Both the position numbers and the translations under genes were made by a program. DNA of 64,000 nucleotides, from NCBI RefSeq assembly GCF_009914755.1, contig NC_060938.1. One strand, written 5' to 3'. Below the pieces are notes generated by a model that ran no database searches, had not been told where the DNA came from, and saw only the letters and a list, made by a program, of their open reading frames with translations. The stretch's first letter is position 1; every line of letters begins with the position of its first letter. This document shows, one piece after another, positions 62,498 to 64,000 of this stretch. Source of the stretch: the human T2T-CHM13v2.0 reference genome, Homo sapiens.

Positions 62498-64000
62498 CTG
62501 ATCAGTCATGTGATGTAACGCTTTTGTAAGCTGAGCCTAAAGGAGTGTTGTGACAGATATCTCCACTGGTCACCCAAGTGATGTAACAATTTTCTGGGAT
62601 TTGTCTACAGGGGGGGTTTGTGACATATCATTGCACTGATCACCAAGGAGATGAAACTCTTGTCTAGGCTCTGCCTGCAGGGGCTTTGTGACATATTTCT
62701 TCAGTGTTCCTCCAGGTGATATAACTCTTTTCTAGGCTCCACATACTGGGGGTATTTTGAAGTATCTCTGCACTGATCACCCAGGTGATGTTACATTTAT
62801 CTAGGATCTGCCTACAGGGGCGTTTCCACGTGGCTCTGCACAGATCACATAGGTTATGTTACTCTTGTCAAATCTCTGCCTACAGGGGGCATAGTGACAT
62901 ATCACTGCATTGATCACCGAGGTGATGTAACTCTTGTCCAGGCTCTGCCTATATGGGGCCTTGTGACATATCTCTGCACTGATCATCTAGGTGATGTAAC
63001 TCCTGCTTATGCTCTGCCTGCAGGGCATTGTGAAATATCTCTGTACTGATCACCCAGGTGATGGGACTCGACTCTAGGCTCTGCCTACTGGGGGCATTGT
63101 CACATATTTCTGCACTGATCACCCAGGTGATGGACTCTTGTCTTGGATTTGCCTATGGGGGCATTGTGACATATCTCTGCACTGATAACCCAGGTGATGT
63201 AACCCTGGTCTCAGCTCTGCCTAAAGGGGCATTGTGACAGATCTCTGCACTGATCACTCAGGTGATGTAACTATTGTCTAGGCTCTGCTTACAGAGGGTA
63301 TTGTGACATATCTCTGCACTGATCACCTAAGTGATGTAACACTTGTGTAGGTTCTGCCTACAGGGGCATTTTGACATATCTCTGCATGTTAACCGGAGTG
63401 ATGTAACTCTTGTCTAGGCTGTGCCCACAGGGGAATTGAGACATATCTCTGCACTGATCCCAATGAGATCCAACTCTTGCCTGGTCTCTGCCTACTGGGG
63501 ACATTGTAACATATCTCTGCACTGATCTCCCAGGTGCTGTAATTTTAATCTAGGCTCTGGCTACATGGCATCGTGACATATCACTGCACTGATCACCCAG
63601 GTGATATAACACTTGTCTAGACTCTGCCTACAGAGGGCCTGTTACATATCTCTGCACTGATCACCCAGGTGATATAACTCTTCTCTTGGATCTGCCTACA
63701 GGGTGCTTTGTGACATATCCGTGCAAAGATCATCCAGGTGATATACCACTTGTCAAGGCTCTGCCTACAGGGGCATTGCGATGTATCTTTGCAATGATCA
63801 CCTAGGTCATGTAACTCTTGTCTAGGCTCTGCCTACAGGGGCATTGTGACATATCTCTGCTCTGAACACCCAGGTGATGTAACTTTTGTATAAGCTCTGC
63901 CTACAGGGTAATTGTGAGAGATCTCGCCACTGATCACACAAGTGATGTAACTATTGTCTAGGCTTTGCCTACAGGGGACTTTCTGACATATATTTGCACT
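62498..64000 (-). repeat. Beta satellite array, runs off the window
   Basis: Minus-orientation 68-bp monomers. Confidence 0.95.

Overview
Primate (human or great-ape) heterochromatin, with no bacterial content and no intact protein-coding gene. The window is a composite array of 68-bp beta satellite (Sau3A family) interspersed with diverged D4Z4-like units carrying DUX4-like (DUX4L) pseudogenes. This is the LSau/D4Z4-beta-satellite composite type known from acrocentric short arms and other pericentromeric sites; the chromosome cannot be fixed from sequence alone. There are seven full ~2.77-kb units (U1, U3, U4, U5, U6, U8, U9) with the same junctions, two 5'-truncated units (U2, U7) and one tail-only fragment (U2b). 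All seven full DUX4L frames are broken within the first 35 codons. Every unit ends in a pLAM (DUX4 exon 3)-like tail reading GTCACA where the FSHD-permissive 4qA allele has ATTAAA. The tail is visibly a decayed second copy of the DUX4 5'UTR/start region fused to satellite. The array changes orientation four times (~8990, ~51970, ~60190, ~62497). It also shows a templated-insertion junction, a 238-bp identical tract between inverted copies, 'ghost' sites where a unit was deleted, and spacers quantised in 68-bp steps. I see no evidence of a new biological system; the novel-looking signals are structural/evolutionary, plus a few recurrent ORFs worth testing. Strand for satellite is given relative to the monomer GTGATCAGTGCAGAGATATGTCACAATGCCCCTGTAGGCAGAGCCTAGACAAGAGTTACATCACCTGG. 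Comparisons with 4q/10q D4Z4 are from recalled reference sequence and should be confirmed by alignment.
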